From the NCBI GenBank assembly GCA_963645645.1, contig CAVITD010000072.1:1-27866 (forward strand): a stretch of 27,866 nucleotides of DNA, in the 5' to 3' direction. The translations under genes were made by a program, and so were the position numbers. Below, one piece after another: positions 11,270 through 20,177 of this stretch (position 1 is its first letter; the number at the start of each line of letters is the position of its first letter). The notes beneath the pieces are model-generated. The model saw only the letters and a program-made list of their open reading frames with translations, was not told where the DNA came from and did no database searches. The DNA is from an uncultured Eubacteriales bacterium (lineage in GTDB: Bacteria > Bacillota_I > Bacilli_A > RF39 > UBA660).

Positions 11270-11611
11270 TTAGTCCTCCTTCTTGTCACTAACTTTTACA
11301 AAGATGTGACTTGTTCTTTTATCACGTCTGTCAACGCTTCCACGTGACGCGATTTTACTTCTTTTTAGTGTAACTCCTTCGTTGATGTATGTTTCAACAA
11401 CGTATAAGTCTTCTTCTTTTAATCCTAGATTATTTACTGCATTTGCAACAGCACTATCTAGTACTTTCTTTATTAAACGACTAGCTTTAGTGTTAGTTGT
11501 TAATAAAATCATTCTTGCTTCCTTAACGCTTTTACCTCTTACAAGGTCAAGTGTCATTCTAGCTTTTCTAGGTGCGATCATGGCACCTTTATGTATTGCA
11601 TAAGTTTCCAT
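11270..11611 (-). CDS. rplV: 50S ribosomal protein uL22
   Basis: APRKAR...SAVANA...KRTSHI; between rpsS and rpsC. Confidence 0.97.
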   Translation of the reverse strand: METYAIHKGAMIAPRKARMTLDLVRGKSVKEARMILLTTNTKASRLIKKVLDSAVANAVNNLGLKEEDLYVVETYINEGVTLKRSKIASRGSVDRRDKRTSHIFVKVSDKKED

Positions 11612-11622
11612 AATTTACCCTC

Positions 11623-11889
11623 CTATTTGTTTTCGCCAGCATGTCCACCAAACTTACGAGTTAATGCAAACTCACCAAGCTTGTGTCCAACCATGTCTTC
11701 AGTTACATATACTGGAATGAAATCTTTTCCATTATGAACTGCAAATGTGTGTCCAACGAAATCTGGATATATAGTTGAACGACGTGACCAAGTTTTAATT
11801 ACTTCTTTTTTTCCACTTTCGTTTAGAGCTTGTACTTTTTTAAGTAATCTATCAAAAACGAAAGGTCCTTTTTTTAAACTTCTTGACAT
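11623..11889 (-). CDS. rpsS: 30S ribosomal protein uS19
   Basis: [10 protein letters not shown]...TWSRRS...GHKLGEF. Start moved to ATG 11889 to match the family N-terminus. Confidence 0.98.
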   Translation of the reverse strand: MSRSLKKGPFVFDRLLKKVQALNESGKKEVIKTWSRRSTIYPDFVGHTFAVHNGKDFIPVYVTEDMVGHKLGEFALTRKFGGHAGENK

Positions 11890-11904
11890 ACGCACAAATC
11901 CTTT

Positions 11905-12735
11905 CTATTTATTTCTACGAGATACTATTAACTTCTCGCTAGCTTTCTTTGTTTTACGAGTTTTAAGTCCAAGAGCTGGTTTACCCCATGGAGTCATAGG
12001 ACCTTTTCTACCAACTGGTGCTTTACCTTCACCACCACCATGAGGGTGATCGTTAGGGTTCATAACTGATCCACGTACTGTTGGTCTCCATCCCATGTGT
12101 CTTTTTCTTCCTGCTTTTCCTAAATGAACTAGTTCGTAATCTAAGTTACCAACAGTTCCTATAGTAGCACGACATACTCCCATAACTTTTCTTGTTTCGC
12201 CAGACTTAAGTCTTAATAAAACGTATTTTCCTTCTCTACCTAATATTTGCGCACTTGAACCAGCACCACGAGCTAGTTGTCCACCTTTACCAGGATTTAA
12301 TTCAACATTGTGTACTACTGTACCAACTGGAATGTTCATAAGTGGAAGAGCGTTACCAACTTTGATATCAACATTTTCTCCACTTTCAATTTTGTCACCA
12401 ACTTTTAAGTTTAAAGGTGCGATAATGTATCTTTTTTCTCCATCAGCATAAGTTATTAATGCAATGTTTGCACTTCTGTTTGGATCGTATTCGATACTTG
12501 TAACAGTCCCGATAATACCGTCTTTATTTCTTTTGAAATCTATTACACGATATTTTCTTTTAACTCCGCCACCTCTATGTCTTACAGTGATTTTACCTTG
12601 ATTGTTTCTTCCAGCATTGCTTTTAGTTTTTCTTAACAAACTTTTTTCAGGAGTACTTGATGTGATTTCTTCATTTACTAAAGTACTCATGTTTCTAGTT
12701 CCGTTAGTTATTGGTTTAAATTTCTTTATTGCCAT
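11905..12735 (-). CDS. rplB: 50S ribosomal protein uL2
   Basis: GRNNQGKIT...IEYDPNRSA...[13 protein letters not shown]. Start moved to ATG 12735 (MAIKK), downstream of AGGTGA. Confidence 0.99.
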   Translation of the reverse strand: MAIKKFKPITNGTRNMSTLVNEEITSSTPEKSLLRKTKSNAGRNNQGKITVRHRGGGVKRKYRVIDFKRNKDGIIGTVTSIEYDPNRSANIALITYADGEKRYIIAPLNLKVGDKIESGENVDIKVGNALPLMNIPVGTVVHNVELNPGKGGQLARGAGSSAQILGREGKYVLLRLKSGETRKVMGVCRATIGTVGNLDYELVHLGKAGRKRHMGWRPTVRGSVMNPNDHPHGGGEGKAPVGRKGPMTPWGKPALGLKTRKTKKASEKLIVSRRNK

Positions 12736-12747
12736 TATAATCACCTA

Positions 12748-13017
12748 CTAAAACTCTATTGTAGAGCCTTCCTTAAGTTTTACATAAGCTTTCTTATAAG
12801 GAGTTGTGTAACCAGTGTACTTTCCAACTCTTCTTTTTCTAGCTTGTGTATTAGTAGTGTTAACGCTTAAAACTTTAACGTTCCATTTGCTTTCAATAAC
12901 TTGTTTAATTTGAGTTTTGTTAGCAGATTTGTCAACTTTGAAAACGTATACGTTAGCACTAGCTAAGTTATTTGTTTTTTCAGTTATTACTGGTGCTTTT
13001 ATTATTTCTATATTCAT
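12748..13017 (-). CDS. rplW: 50S ribosomal protein uL23
   Basis: PVITEKT...ANKTQIK...KKAYVKL. Confidence 0.98.
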   Translation of the reverse strand: MNIEIIKAPVITEKTNNLASANVYVFKVDKSANKTQIKQVIESKWNVKVLSVNTTNTQARKRRVGKYTGYTTPYKKAYVKLKEGSTIEF

Positions 13018-13640
13018 TATTTAAGCACCTCCTCTATTTTATTAACGCTTGCTACGTCGATAAGTAAGTTATCTGCACCTACTAGGTCTAAAACGTTAAT
13101 GCTTGATGGTTCTATTACGTGTAAGTTAGCGATGTTTCTTGATGCTAAGGCAATGTTACCATTTTCTCCATCAGTTACTATTAATGTTTTACCATTTAAG
13201 TTTAAAGTATTTAATGTGTTATTAAATTCTTTTGTTTTAGGTGAAGTTAATTCTAAACTATCAACTACGCATATTTCGTTATTTTGGAATTTGTCTGAAA
13301 GAGCACTTTTAATTGCAAGTCTTCTTTCTTTTTTATTCATTTTGAAACTATGACTTCTTGGTGTTGGTCCAAAAACGATTCCTCCACCTACCCAGTGAGG
13401 GGCTCTAATTGAACCTTGACGAGCACGTCCTGTTCCTTTTTGTCTCCAAGGTTTTCTTCCGCCACCTGATACTTCACTTCTTCCTTTAGTATCATGTGTA
13501 CCTTGTCTTAATGAAGCCATTTGTAATCTTACTGCTTCACTTAATACTATTTCGTTTACTTCGATATTCCAGATAGCATCGTTTAATTCAACTGTGCTAG
13601 CTTTTTCTCCGTTTAGTTTTAATACATCTAATTTAGCCAT
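13017..13640 (-). CDS. rplD: 50S ribosomal protein uL4
   Basis: RQGTHDTKGRSEVSGGGRKPWRQKGTGRARQGS. Confidence 0.99.
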   Translation of the reverse strand: MAKLDVLKLNGEKASTVELNDAIWNIEVNEIVLSEAVRLQMASLRQGTHDTKGRSEVSGGGRKPWRQKGTGRARQGSIRAPHWVGGGIVFGPTPRSHSFKMNKKERRLAIKSALSDKFQNNEICVVDSLELTSPKTKEFNNTLNTLNLNGKTLIVTDGENGNIALASRNIANLHVIEPSSINVLDLVGADNLLIDVASVNKIEEVLK

Positions 13641-14428
13641 TATTCAGCATCCTCCTTTTCTGGAGTTTCTGTAGTAGTTTCTTCTGTAACTTCTTCATTT
13701 GCTGGAGTTTCAACTGTTTCAGTTAATTCTTCAGTAACTACTTCGTTATTTTCTACAACTTCTTCTACTACATATGAAACTAATTCTTTAGCTTCAACTT
13801 TTCCACCATTTTTAACAGCAGTTCTTACTATTACATAACCTTTTTTAGGTCCTGGTATGTTACCACTTATTAGTAAGCAATTATTTTCAGTGTCTACTGC
13901 TATGATTTCTAGGTTTTGAATTGTTACTGTTTCATTACCCATATGTCCTGGTAATTTCTTACCTTTTAAGACTCTCATTGGTCTCATTGGTCCACGAGAA
14001 CCAACAGCTCTATGATAGTGTGAACCATGTCCCATAGGTCCTCTACTAAAGTTATGTCTCTTAATTGTTCCTTGGAAACCTTTACCTTTAGAAGTTCCTG
14101 TTACGTCTACTAGTTCTCCTACTTCGAATGTGTCTACACCGATTATTTGACCAACTTCATAGTTAGTTACGTCTAATCCTTTAATTTCTTTTAAGAAGCG
14201 CTTAGGTGTAGTATTTGCTTTCTTAACATGTCCCATTTCTGGTTTATTAGATACTTTTTCTCTTTTTGTAAAAGCACCCAATTGAATACTATTATACCCA
14301 TCTTTTTCTACTGTTTTGATTTGAGTTATAACGTTTGGTTCAACTTCTACTACAGTTACAGGTATAAGTAATCCGTTAGTTGTGAATACTTGTGTCATTC
14401 CAACTTTACGTCCTAAGATTCCTTTCAT
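13640..14428 (-). CDS. rplC: 50S ribosomal protein uL3 with acidic C-terminal extension
   Basis: [10 protein letters not shown]...[13 protein letters not shown]...PGHMG; Glu/Thr-rich tail after VRTAVK. Confidence 0.98.
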   Translation of the reverse strand: MKGILGRKVGMTQVFTTNGLLIPVTVVEVEPNVITQIKTVEKDGYNSIQLGAFTKREKVSNKPEMGHVKKANTTPKRFLKEIKGLDVTNYEVGQIIGVDTFEVGELVDVTGTSKGKGFQGTIKRHNFSRGPMGHGSHYHRAVGSRGPMRPMRVLKGKKLPGHMGNETVTIQNLEIIAVDTENNCLLISGNIPGPKKGYVIVRTAVKNGGKVEAKELVSYVVEEVVENNEVVTEELTETVETPANEEVTEETTTETPEKEDAE

Positions 14429-14450
14429 TGTTTTTCCTCCCTACTAAATC

Positions 14451-14759
14451 TTATAATTTGATTTCAATATCTACTCCACTTGGTAAATCTAAGTGAGATA
14501 ATGCATCTACTGTTTCTTTACTTGGACTATCGATATCAATTAATCTTTTGTGTGTTCTCATTTCAAATTGTTCACGTGAATCTTTGTATTTGTGAACAGC
14601 TCTTAGAATTGTGATTTTTTCGATGTCTGTTGGTAGTGGAACTGGTCCAGAAACAACGCCACCAGTACGTTTTACTGTATCAACAATTTTGCTTGCTGCT
14701 TGGTCTAATACTCTGTGATCATACGCTTTTAATCTGATACGAACTTTCTCTTTTGACAT
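14451..14759 (-). CDS. rpsJ: 30S ribosomal protein uS10
   Basis: RIRLKAYDH...GPVPLPT...[16 protein letters not shown]. Confidence 0.99.
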   Translation of the reverse strand: MSKEKVRIRLKAYDHRVLDQAASKIVDTVKRTGGVVSGPVPLPTDIEKITILRAVHKYKDSREQFEMRTHKRLIDIDSPSKETVDALSHLDLPSGVDIEIKL

Positions 14760-14880
14760 AAATTACCCTCCTTCGCCTATTTCAAATAGACTCGCTCCAC
14801 ACAAATTACCTGATACTAAATTAAATATTTACAACTTAACCGGGTGTATCAGCAACCTTGCGCTTCTCCGCAGTCATACG
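14760..14880 (-). ncRNA. Firmicutes S10 (rpsJ) leader cis-regulatory RNA
   Basis: Minus strand ...AAGGTTGCTGATACACCCGG...GTATCAGG...GGAGCGAGTCTATTTGAAATAGGCGAAGGAGGG-rpsJ. CTGATAC pairs with GTATCAG, and a GTCTATTT/AATAGGC hairpin precedes the RBS. Matches the motifs I recall for the Bacillota rpsJ leader. Confidence 0.8.
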
Positions 14881-14886
14881 TATATC

Positions 14887-14915
14887 ATTATATGATAAAA
14901 TTGTGTAAAAATCAA
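14887..14915 (-). promoter_or_regulatory. Sigma-A promoter of the S10 operon
   Basis: TTGATT (14915-14910), 17 nt, TATAAT (14892-14887), directly upstream of the leader. Confidence 0.8.
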
Positions 14916-14967
14916 GTATTTTTTGATTAAATTTTTTTGTAAAGTTTACAGGGTGTTTTTTGTAGAT

Positions 14968-15007
14968 AAAATAAATAAACAGAAAAGAATTTAGTCTCTT
15001 CTGTTTA
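14968..15007 (-). terminator. Intrinsic terminator downstream of the hybrid kinase
   Basis: TAAACAGAAGAGA-CTAAAT-TCTTTTCTGTTTA (13-bp stem, one G-U) followed by TTTATTTT. Confidence 0.65.
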
Positions 15008-15051
15008 CAGTTTAAAACTTTGATTTGTTTACATTTTTCAATATGCATTTT

Positions 15052-17271
15052 CTATAGTTTTTCTAGTACATTTAATACTTTATCATATTCATTTATTAAT
15101 GAAGTGTATTCCTTATTTATATAGTCCCAGTCATGGCTTTTGGCGGCTAGTTCGTGATTATAGAACATTTCTCCTAAGTCAGTAAGGCCTAACATTCTAC
15201 TTTCACTTTTTAGTTTGTGGACTACTATTTCGTAGTTGATGTCATCTTTTTGGTTATAAGACTCTTCCATAACGCGTTTGTTTTCTACACTTTCAGTAAG
15301 GTACACTTTTAGCTCTGGGATAAGGGTATCTATGTCCATAAAGAACTCATATGCTTTTTTTAGGTCTAGTCCAACATTAGTAAGCAGGTCTTCTTTAGTG
15401 TTTTCTTTTTTGGCAGGCTTGATTTCTTCTTTAATAGAACTTTTGGTATTTTCTAGTGCTACTTTGTCTTTTAATTCTTTTTTTAGGAATGACTCTAGTT
15501 CTTGACGGTCAATTGGTTTTGATAAGTATGTAATGAAGCCAGCAGATAAATATGCTTCTTTTTGGCCTTCCATCGCATCTGCGGTTAATGCAACTACTGG
15601 TGTATTAAAGTTAGGTAGTGAGTTAAGTTCTTTAAGAGTTTCTACTCCACCTTTGTTAGGCATCATTATGTCCATAAATATTATATCGTAGTTGTTGCCT
15701 CTTTTTATTTTATCTATACACTCGTCTCCACTTAGTACAGTTTCGGTAGTTAAGCCATATTCAGATAGTATTTTTTCTGCTACTTTTAGGTTTAGTTTTG
15801 AGTCGTCTACAATTAGAGAAGTTACTCCGTTATATTTAGTAATATTTTCTGTTTCTGTGGTTTCTAAGACAGCATCAGATATTTCTTCAGGAATTGTTAC
15901 AGTAAACACACTTCCTACGCCATATGTGCTTTCTACATTTATAGTACCACCAAGCATTTCTACAAGGCTTTTTGTTATTGCTAGCCCAAGTCCTGTTCCT
16001 TCAATTGATGTGTTTTTGTCTTCTTCTAACCTGTCAAACTTAGTGAATAAGTGGGAAAGTTGTTCTTCCTTGATACCACGACCTGTATCTTTTACCATTA
16101 TTTCTAGGTTACATATTTTGTCTGTGTTTTCTACCACAACTTTTAAATCTACACGACCACTTTCTGTGTATTTAATTGCATTTGATAGTAAATTTGATAT
16201 TATTTGTTTTATCTTGTTTAAGTCTCCATATAAAACATTAAGTAAATTGTTATCTATTTCAACGTATAATTTTAAGTCTTTTGAACCTATTCTAGTTTCT
16301 AGTAGTTTTGCAAGTTTTTGTATTTCGTCTTTAGGATTATAGTTAACTTTTACTATTTCCATTTTTCCTGCTTCAATTTTACTTATGTCTAGAATGCTGT
16401 TTACTATTTCGAGAAGTGTGTAACTTGCATTTACTACATCTTTTGAGTCTTCATGTATTTCTTTTACATCATCAGTTTTATTTATTATTTCCGATAAACC
16501 TACAATTGCGTTTAGAGGTGTTCTTATTTCGTGAGACATACTGCTTAGGAATTCTGTTTTAGCACGATTTGCTTTTTCGGCTGAGTTTTTGGCTAGTTCT
16601 AGTTCGTTAATAAGTTTCATGTCTGGGTTTTCTATTGTAAAATACATTAAGAATGTTACAAAAGTTTCAGCAGATGTCATTAGTAGTAATCCAGGATTTA
16701 GTTTTTGAATAACCATTACAATTGTACCGCCTATCATGTATAAGATTATTGGCAAATATTTTTTGTTTTTTATACTCTTTATATTTTTTAGCATGAATAT
16801 AAAGCATACTATTTCAAATAGGAATCCTATTAAGAAAGTAAAGTTTGCGGATGTTCCATATGAATATACCAAATTATTTGTGTTTTCATAATTTAATGGT
16901 AAGACAAAAGTGATAAAACTTGCTATAAACCATATGATTATCATATAATTCAGTAATTTGTCCCAGGTTTTTTCTAAATTTTCTTGTTTAACCGATATCA
17001 TGATTACATACATTGTAAGTATCATTATCCATGTTGTTAGATACATCAAATAAAATCGTGAGATTATAAAGTTTGCTATTTCGTATGTTTCTTTATTTAA
17101 TACAAAGAAATAACATGCAATGGCTAGGATGAGTCCTATTAAATTTGTTATTATTAACCATCCATATAATTTTGTTTCATAGTTTTTTGCTCTTTTCTTT
17201 TTGAAATAGGTTATAGTTAGTAATATACTATAAAAGAGACTTAGACTTGAAAACGTTACTCCAAAACTCAT
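15052..17271 (-). CDS. Membrane-bound hybrid sensor histidine kinase (multi-TM, HisKA, HATPase, REC, Hpt)
   Basis: About 7 hydrophobic segments; H-box FLSSMSHEIRTPLN, N-box NLLSNAIKYT, G1 DTGRGI, G2 GTGLGL; receiver LIVDD/DIIFMDIMMP/LSKP; Hpt VHKLKSESRMLG. Start placed at ATG 17271 after AAAGGTAGTG (ORF track extends to 17304). Confidence 0.93.
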   Translation of the reverse strand: MSFGVTFSSLSLFYSILLTITYFKKKRAKNYETKLYGWLIITNLIGLILAIACYFFVLNKETYEIANFIISRFYLMYLTTWIMILTMYVIMISVKQENLEKTWDKLLNYMIIIWFIASFITFVLPLNYENTNNLVYSYGTSANFTFLIGFLFEIVCFIFMLKNIKSIKNKKYLPIILYMIGGTIVMVIQKLNPGLLLMTSAETFVTFLMYFTIENPDMKLINELELAKNSAEKANRAKTEFLSSMSHEIRTPLNAIVGLSEIINKTDDVKEIHEDSKDVVNASYTLLEIVNSILDISKIEAGKMEIVKVNYNPKDEIQKLAKLLETRIGSKDLKLYVEIDNNLLNVLYGDLNKIKQIISNLLSNAIKYTESGRVDLKVVVENTDKICNLEIMVKDTGRGIKEEQLSHLFTKFDRLEEDKNTSIEGTGLGLAITKSLVEMLGGTINVESTYGVGSVFTVTIPEEISDAVLETTETENITKYNGVTSLIVDDSKLNLKVAEKILSEYGLTTETVLSGDECIDKIKRGNNYDIIFMDIMMPNKGGVETLKELNSLPNFNTPVVALTADAMEGQKEAYLSAGFITYLSKPIDRQELESFLKKELKDKVALENTKSSIKEEIKPAKKENTKEDLLTNVGLDLKKAYEFFMDIDTLIPELKVYLTESVENKRVMEESYNQKDDINYEIVVHKLKSESRMLGLTDLGEMFYNHELAAKSHDWDYINKEYTSLINEYDKVLNVLEKL

Positions 17272-17313
17272 ATTATCACTACCTTTATATATAAATTTTA
17301 TCATAAAGTAAAT

Positions 17314-17351
17314 AAAAAAAATAGTTAAGTATGATGTTTTAACTATTTTTT
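17314..17351 (-). terminator. Inverted repeat overlapping the stop of the CFI-box gene, probable terminator
   Basis: 13-bp perfect IR AAAAAATAGTTAA (17316-17328) / TTAACTATTTTTT (17339-17351), 10-nt loop, T-run on the minus strand. Stem is AT-rich and weak. Confidence 0.45.
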
Positions 17352-17878
17352 AACACTTTTTTGTTAGTATCTGTCAAATAATAATTATTTAAAAGCATAA
17401 CAGTTTCCTTATATCTCTCATATGCTTCTTCATAATTACCGTTTTCTATATTTGATGTACAATAATCTACTAAGTTATCATAAAGATAATTATAAATTAA
17501 TGTTTGATTATCCATTTCTATACTTTGCACAATTAATGGTGCAAGTTTATAATATTCTTGAATATCTTGTTTAGAAATAAAATTATCTCTGAACCATCTA
17601 AGAACTTTTAATTCATAACAATTATCATCAAATTTTTCTTGGTAAAATCTCATACACGCAGTTGTTAAATAGCATCGTGTATCTGTCTCTTCTCTTTTTT
17701 CATCACCAGATTGAGTTGCTATTCTTCCTCTTCCATCATCTTTTATAGAAATATGTATCGATTCTTTATGAGAATTAGATGGATCCTCATCATAAACATC
17801 AACATGTCTTGTTCCTCTTTTATCTTCATTTATTTTTACCCATATTCCTCCAGGTAATTCTTTTGCTTTTTCTGACAT
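17339..17878 (-). CDS. CFI-box-CTERM domain protein with small charged N-terminal domain
   Basis: CYLTTAC...DDNCYELKVLRWFRDNF...YYKLAPLIV matches the CFI-box pattern (CF/Y-I/L-A/T-TA...LRxFRD...YY). RBS lies in the 3' end of the upstream small gene. Confidence 0.75.
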   Translation of the reverse strand: MSEKAKELPGGIWVKINEDKRGTRHVDVYDEDPSNSHKESIHISIKDDGRGRIATQSGDEKREETDTRCYLTTACMRFYQEKFDDNCYELKVLRWFRDNFISKQDIQEYYKLAPLIVQSIEMDNQTLIYNYLYDNLVDYCTSNIENGNYEEAYERYKETVMLLNNYYLTDTNKKVLKNS

Positions 17879-17883
17879 CTTAC

Positions 17884-18189
17884 TTACTTCCTTTCTTTTA
17901 TAATTGCGTTCATTAAATCATCAAACCCAAAAAACATATCTTCTGACACTCTCATTACATCTTCTTTTAAATCTATGCATCTGTACATAAAATCTTCGAT
18001 GTCATCTGAACTATATTTAAATTCAAGTTCGTATACATTATCATGTTTTACATATTTGTCATACTGAAAAATTAAATCTTTCAAATATTTTGATGCTTCT
18101 TCTTTGATGTCTTTATCCTTAGACATATACATAATAGTTATTATCGAACATATCGTTTTTTGAAATAATCCTTTAATTTTCATGTTCAC
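17884..18189 (-). CDS. Hypothetical ~100-aa protein, paralogue B
   Basis: AAGGAAG RBS. Ungapped hand alignment to 22076..22387 gives about 67/99 identical residues. Start may be GTG 18189 or ATG 18183. Confidence 0.85.
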   Translation of the reverse strand: MNMKIKGLFQKTICSIITIMYMSKDKDIKEEASKYLKDLIFQYDKYVKHDNVYELEFKYSSDDIEDFMYRCIDLKEDVMRVSEDMFFGFDDLMNAIIKERK

Positions 18190-18236
18190 GATTATCTCTT
18201 CCTTTCGGTTTTATTATACAATATTCTATTTTTATT

Positions 18237-20048
18237 TTAAATATTTTTTAACACTTTTTTCTTAGAAAATTCTCTGTTTTCTAATTCATCATAATTTATT
18301 TTGCCTAGATTTGTTAAGGGTAATTCGTCTATGAATTCAAACTTTTCTGGAATTGATCTTTCTGCAAGATAGAGTTTGCAATTTTCTAATACTTCATTCT
18401 CTAATAAATCTAAGTCTTTAACATTTTTATTTGCTACCATAAATGCTTTTACAATATTTCCTAATTCATTATATGACTTCACTACCGCTACTGATTCTAT
18501 TCCAGGAGTTCTTGAAATTACTTCTTCTATTGCTGTTGGATACATTTTAAAGCCATCATATCTTACTATCATTCTTTTAATTCTTCCAGTAACGTATAGT
18601 ATACCATTTTCTGTTATGTAACCTAAATCTCCTGTGTGAACCCATTTTAATCCATCAGAATGTGTTTTTATTGTTTTGTTAGTTAAGTTTTCGTTATTAA
18701 AGTATCCATTCATTACCGAAGGACCAGTTATGCATATTTCGCCTGATCTATTGTAACCTAGTTCATTTGTTGTATTTGGTTCAAATATTCCTATTGTTGT
18801 TTTGATTAGTGGTATTCCTACACTTGTTAATTCATTTGCATTAGTAGTACATGTACAAGCACTAGAACTTACTTCACTCATTCCATAACCTTTTATTAAT
18901 TTTGAACTTGAGTTATGGCTTTTAAAGAACTCATTTACTTTTTCTTCACTTGAGGCTAATATACCATCTCCACCTGAACCTGGACTTTGTAAGAATGATA
19001 AGTCTACGTTAGCCATAGCAGGGTTTTTTGATAGATTTTCCCAGAAACTTGGCACTCCTAAGACATGTGTTGGTTTATGTTTTAGAATTAGTTTATCAAA
19101 TTCATTTGGATTAAATTTAGGTATAAGTATTGTTTTCATTCCTAAAGATAATGGCATGTGTATAGAGGAACATATTCCGTATGCTGCGAAAGGCGGGATA
19201 ATATCTAAGAAAGTTTGTTTTTTTGATAAAGCTATATCACCGTTTTTATATTGGAAAACTATTGAGTTTATGTTGTCATCAGTTAGCATTATACCTTTTG
19301 GTTTTCCTGTTGTTCCACCAGTATGTACTAATACAGAGAACTTGCCTTGTATATATTTGTTTTCTTCATAGGTACTTTCTTTTTTTGTAAATGTTGTCCA
19401 GTCCATCCATTTTCCATTTTCTACAACATTATTTTTCTTTATATGTCTAATTATAGGTACAGAGTTAGTAGCGGAAACTGATATTATTTTTACTAAGTTT
19501 GTTTCTTTTTCTATCTTTTTTATTTTTTCATTACATAGGTCTATTGTTAATAAATATTTTGAGTTTGCTTCAACAATTAAATCTTTTATCATATCTTCAC
19601 TATAACGAGGATCAATTAAATTAGGTATTGCACCTATTTTGTTAAGAGCATATATTGAGTAAATTGTTTCTGGAGTAGATGGCATGCATATCGTCACAAT
19701 GTCTCCTTTTTTTACTCCTAATGCACTAAAGTTTTTGGCTGTTTTTTCTATTTTTCTAAATAGTTCGAAGTAAGTTATTTTTCTTCCAAAGTATTCTAAA
19801 GCTATACTTAGTTGGTTGTTTTTGTTAGATTCATATAGATAATTATATATTGTAGTTCTAGGCATAGTTTTTAGTATGTTTTCGTTTTTAAAATACTTTA
19901 ACCATGGTTTATCGATACTTGATAGTCCTGTTATTGGACCATAGTAAAGTCCTGTTTGAAGTCCTTTTAAATATAAGTTTCTTTCATTTGTTTGTTCTTC
20001 AGTTAAATCTTTTAAACTTTCTTTATAATTGTTTAAATAGTCTTTCAT
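18237..20048 (-). CDS. Class I adenylate-forming enzyme (AMP-binding, acyl-CoA synthetase-like) 1
   Basis: A3 HTGGTTGKPKG, A5 GYGMSE, A7 HTGDLG, A8 GRIKRMIVRYDG, A10 LPLTNLGKI. Confidence 0.93.
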   Translation of the reverse strand: MKDYLNNYKESLKDLTEEQTNERNLYLKGLQTGLYYGPITGLSSIDKPWLKYFKNENILKTMPRTTIYNYLYESNKNNQLSIALEYFGRKITYFELFRKIEKTAKNFSALGVKKGDIVTICMPSTPETIYSIYALNKIGAIPNLIDPRYSEDMIKDLIVEANSKYLLTIDLCNEKIKKIEKETNLVKIISVSATNSVPIIRHIKKNNVVENGKWMDWTTFTKKESTYEENKYIQGKFSVLVHTGGTTGKPKGIMLTDDNINSIVFQYKNGDIALSKKQTFLDIIPPFAAYGICSSIHMPLSLGMKTILIPKFNPNEFDKLILKHKPTHVLGVPSFWENLSKNPAMANVDLSFLQSPGSGGDGILASSEEKVNEFFKSHNSSSKLIKGYGMSEVSSSACTCTTNANELTSVGIPLIKTTIGIFEPNTTNELGYNRSGEICITGPSVMNGYFNNENLTNKTIKTHSDGLKWVHTGDLGYITENGILYVTGRIKRMIVRYDGFKMYPTAIEEVISRTPGIESVAVVKSYNELGNIVKAFMVANKNVKDLDLLENEVLENCKLYLAERSIPEKFEFIDELPLTNLGKINYDELENREFSKKKVLKNI

Positions 20049-20113
20049 AGTTTTCCCCCTTTAATAAAAAGTGTACTTATTATAGCACACTTTTAGGAAT
20101 TATGCAAATTTCG
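20046..20113 (-). repeat. 68-bp promoter/hairpin/RBS element, copy 1
   Basis: 65/68 identical to 22029..22096. TTGCAT, 17 nt, (TGc)TATAAT; IR at 20067-20094; AAAGGGGG RBS; ends at the ATG. Confidence 0.9.
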
Positions 20114-20177
20114 CATTTTTAAATGTTAAAAACATAATTTTTGAGTTTAATTTTTAATAGTTAAAATGAAATATAAA

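Noticed and set aside
14836..15048. 70-aa minus-strand ORF upstream of rpsJ
   Set aside because: It crosses a terminator, the S10 promoter and the leader RNA, and I see no RBS or homology.
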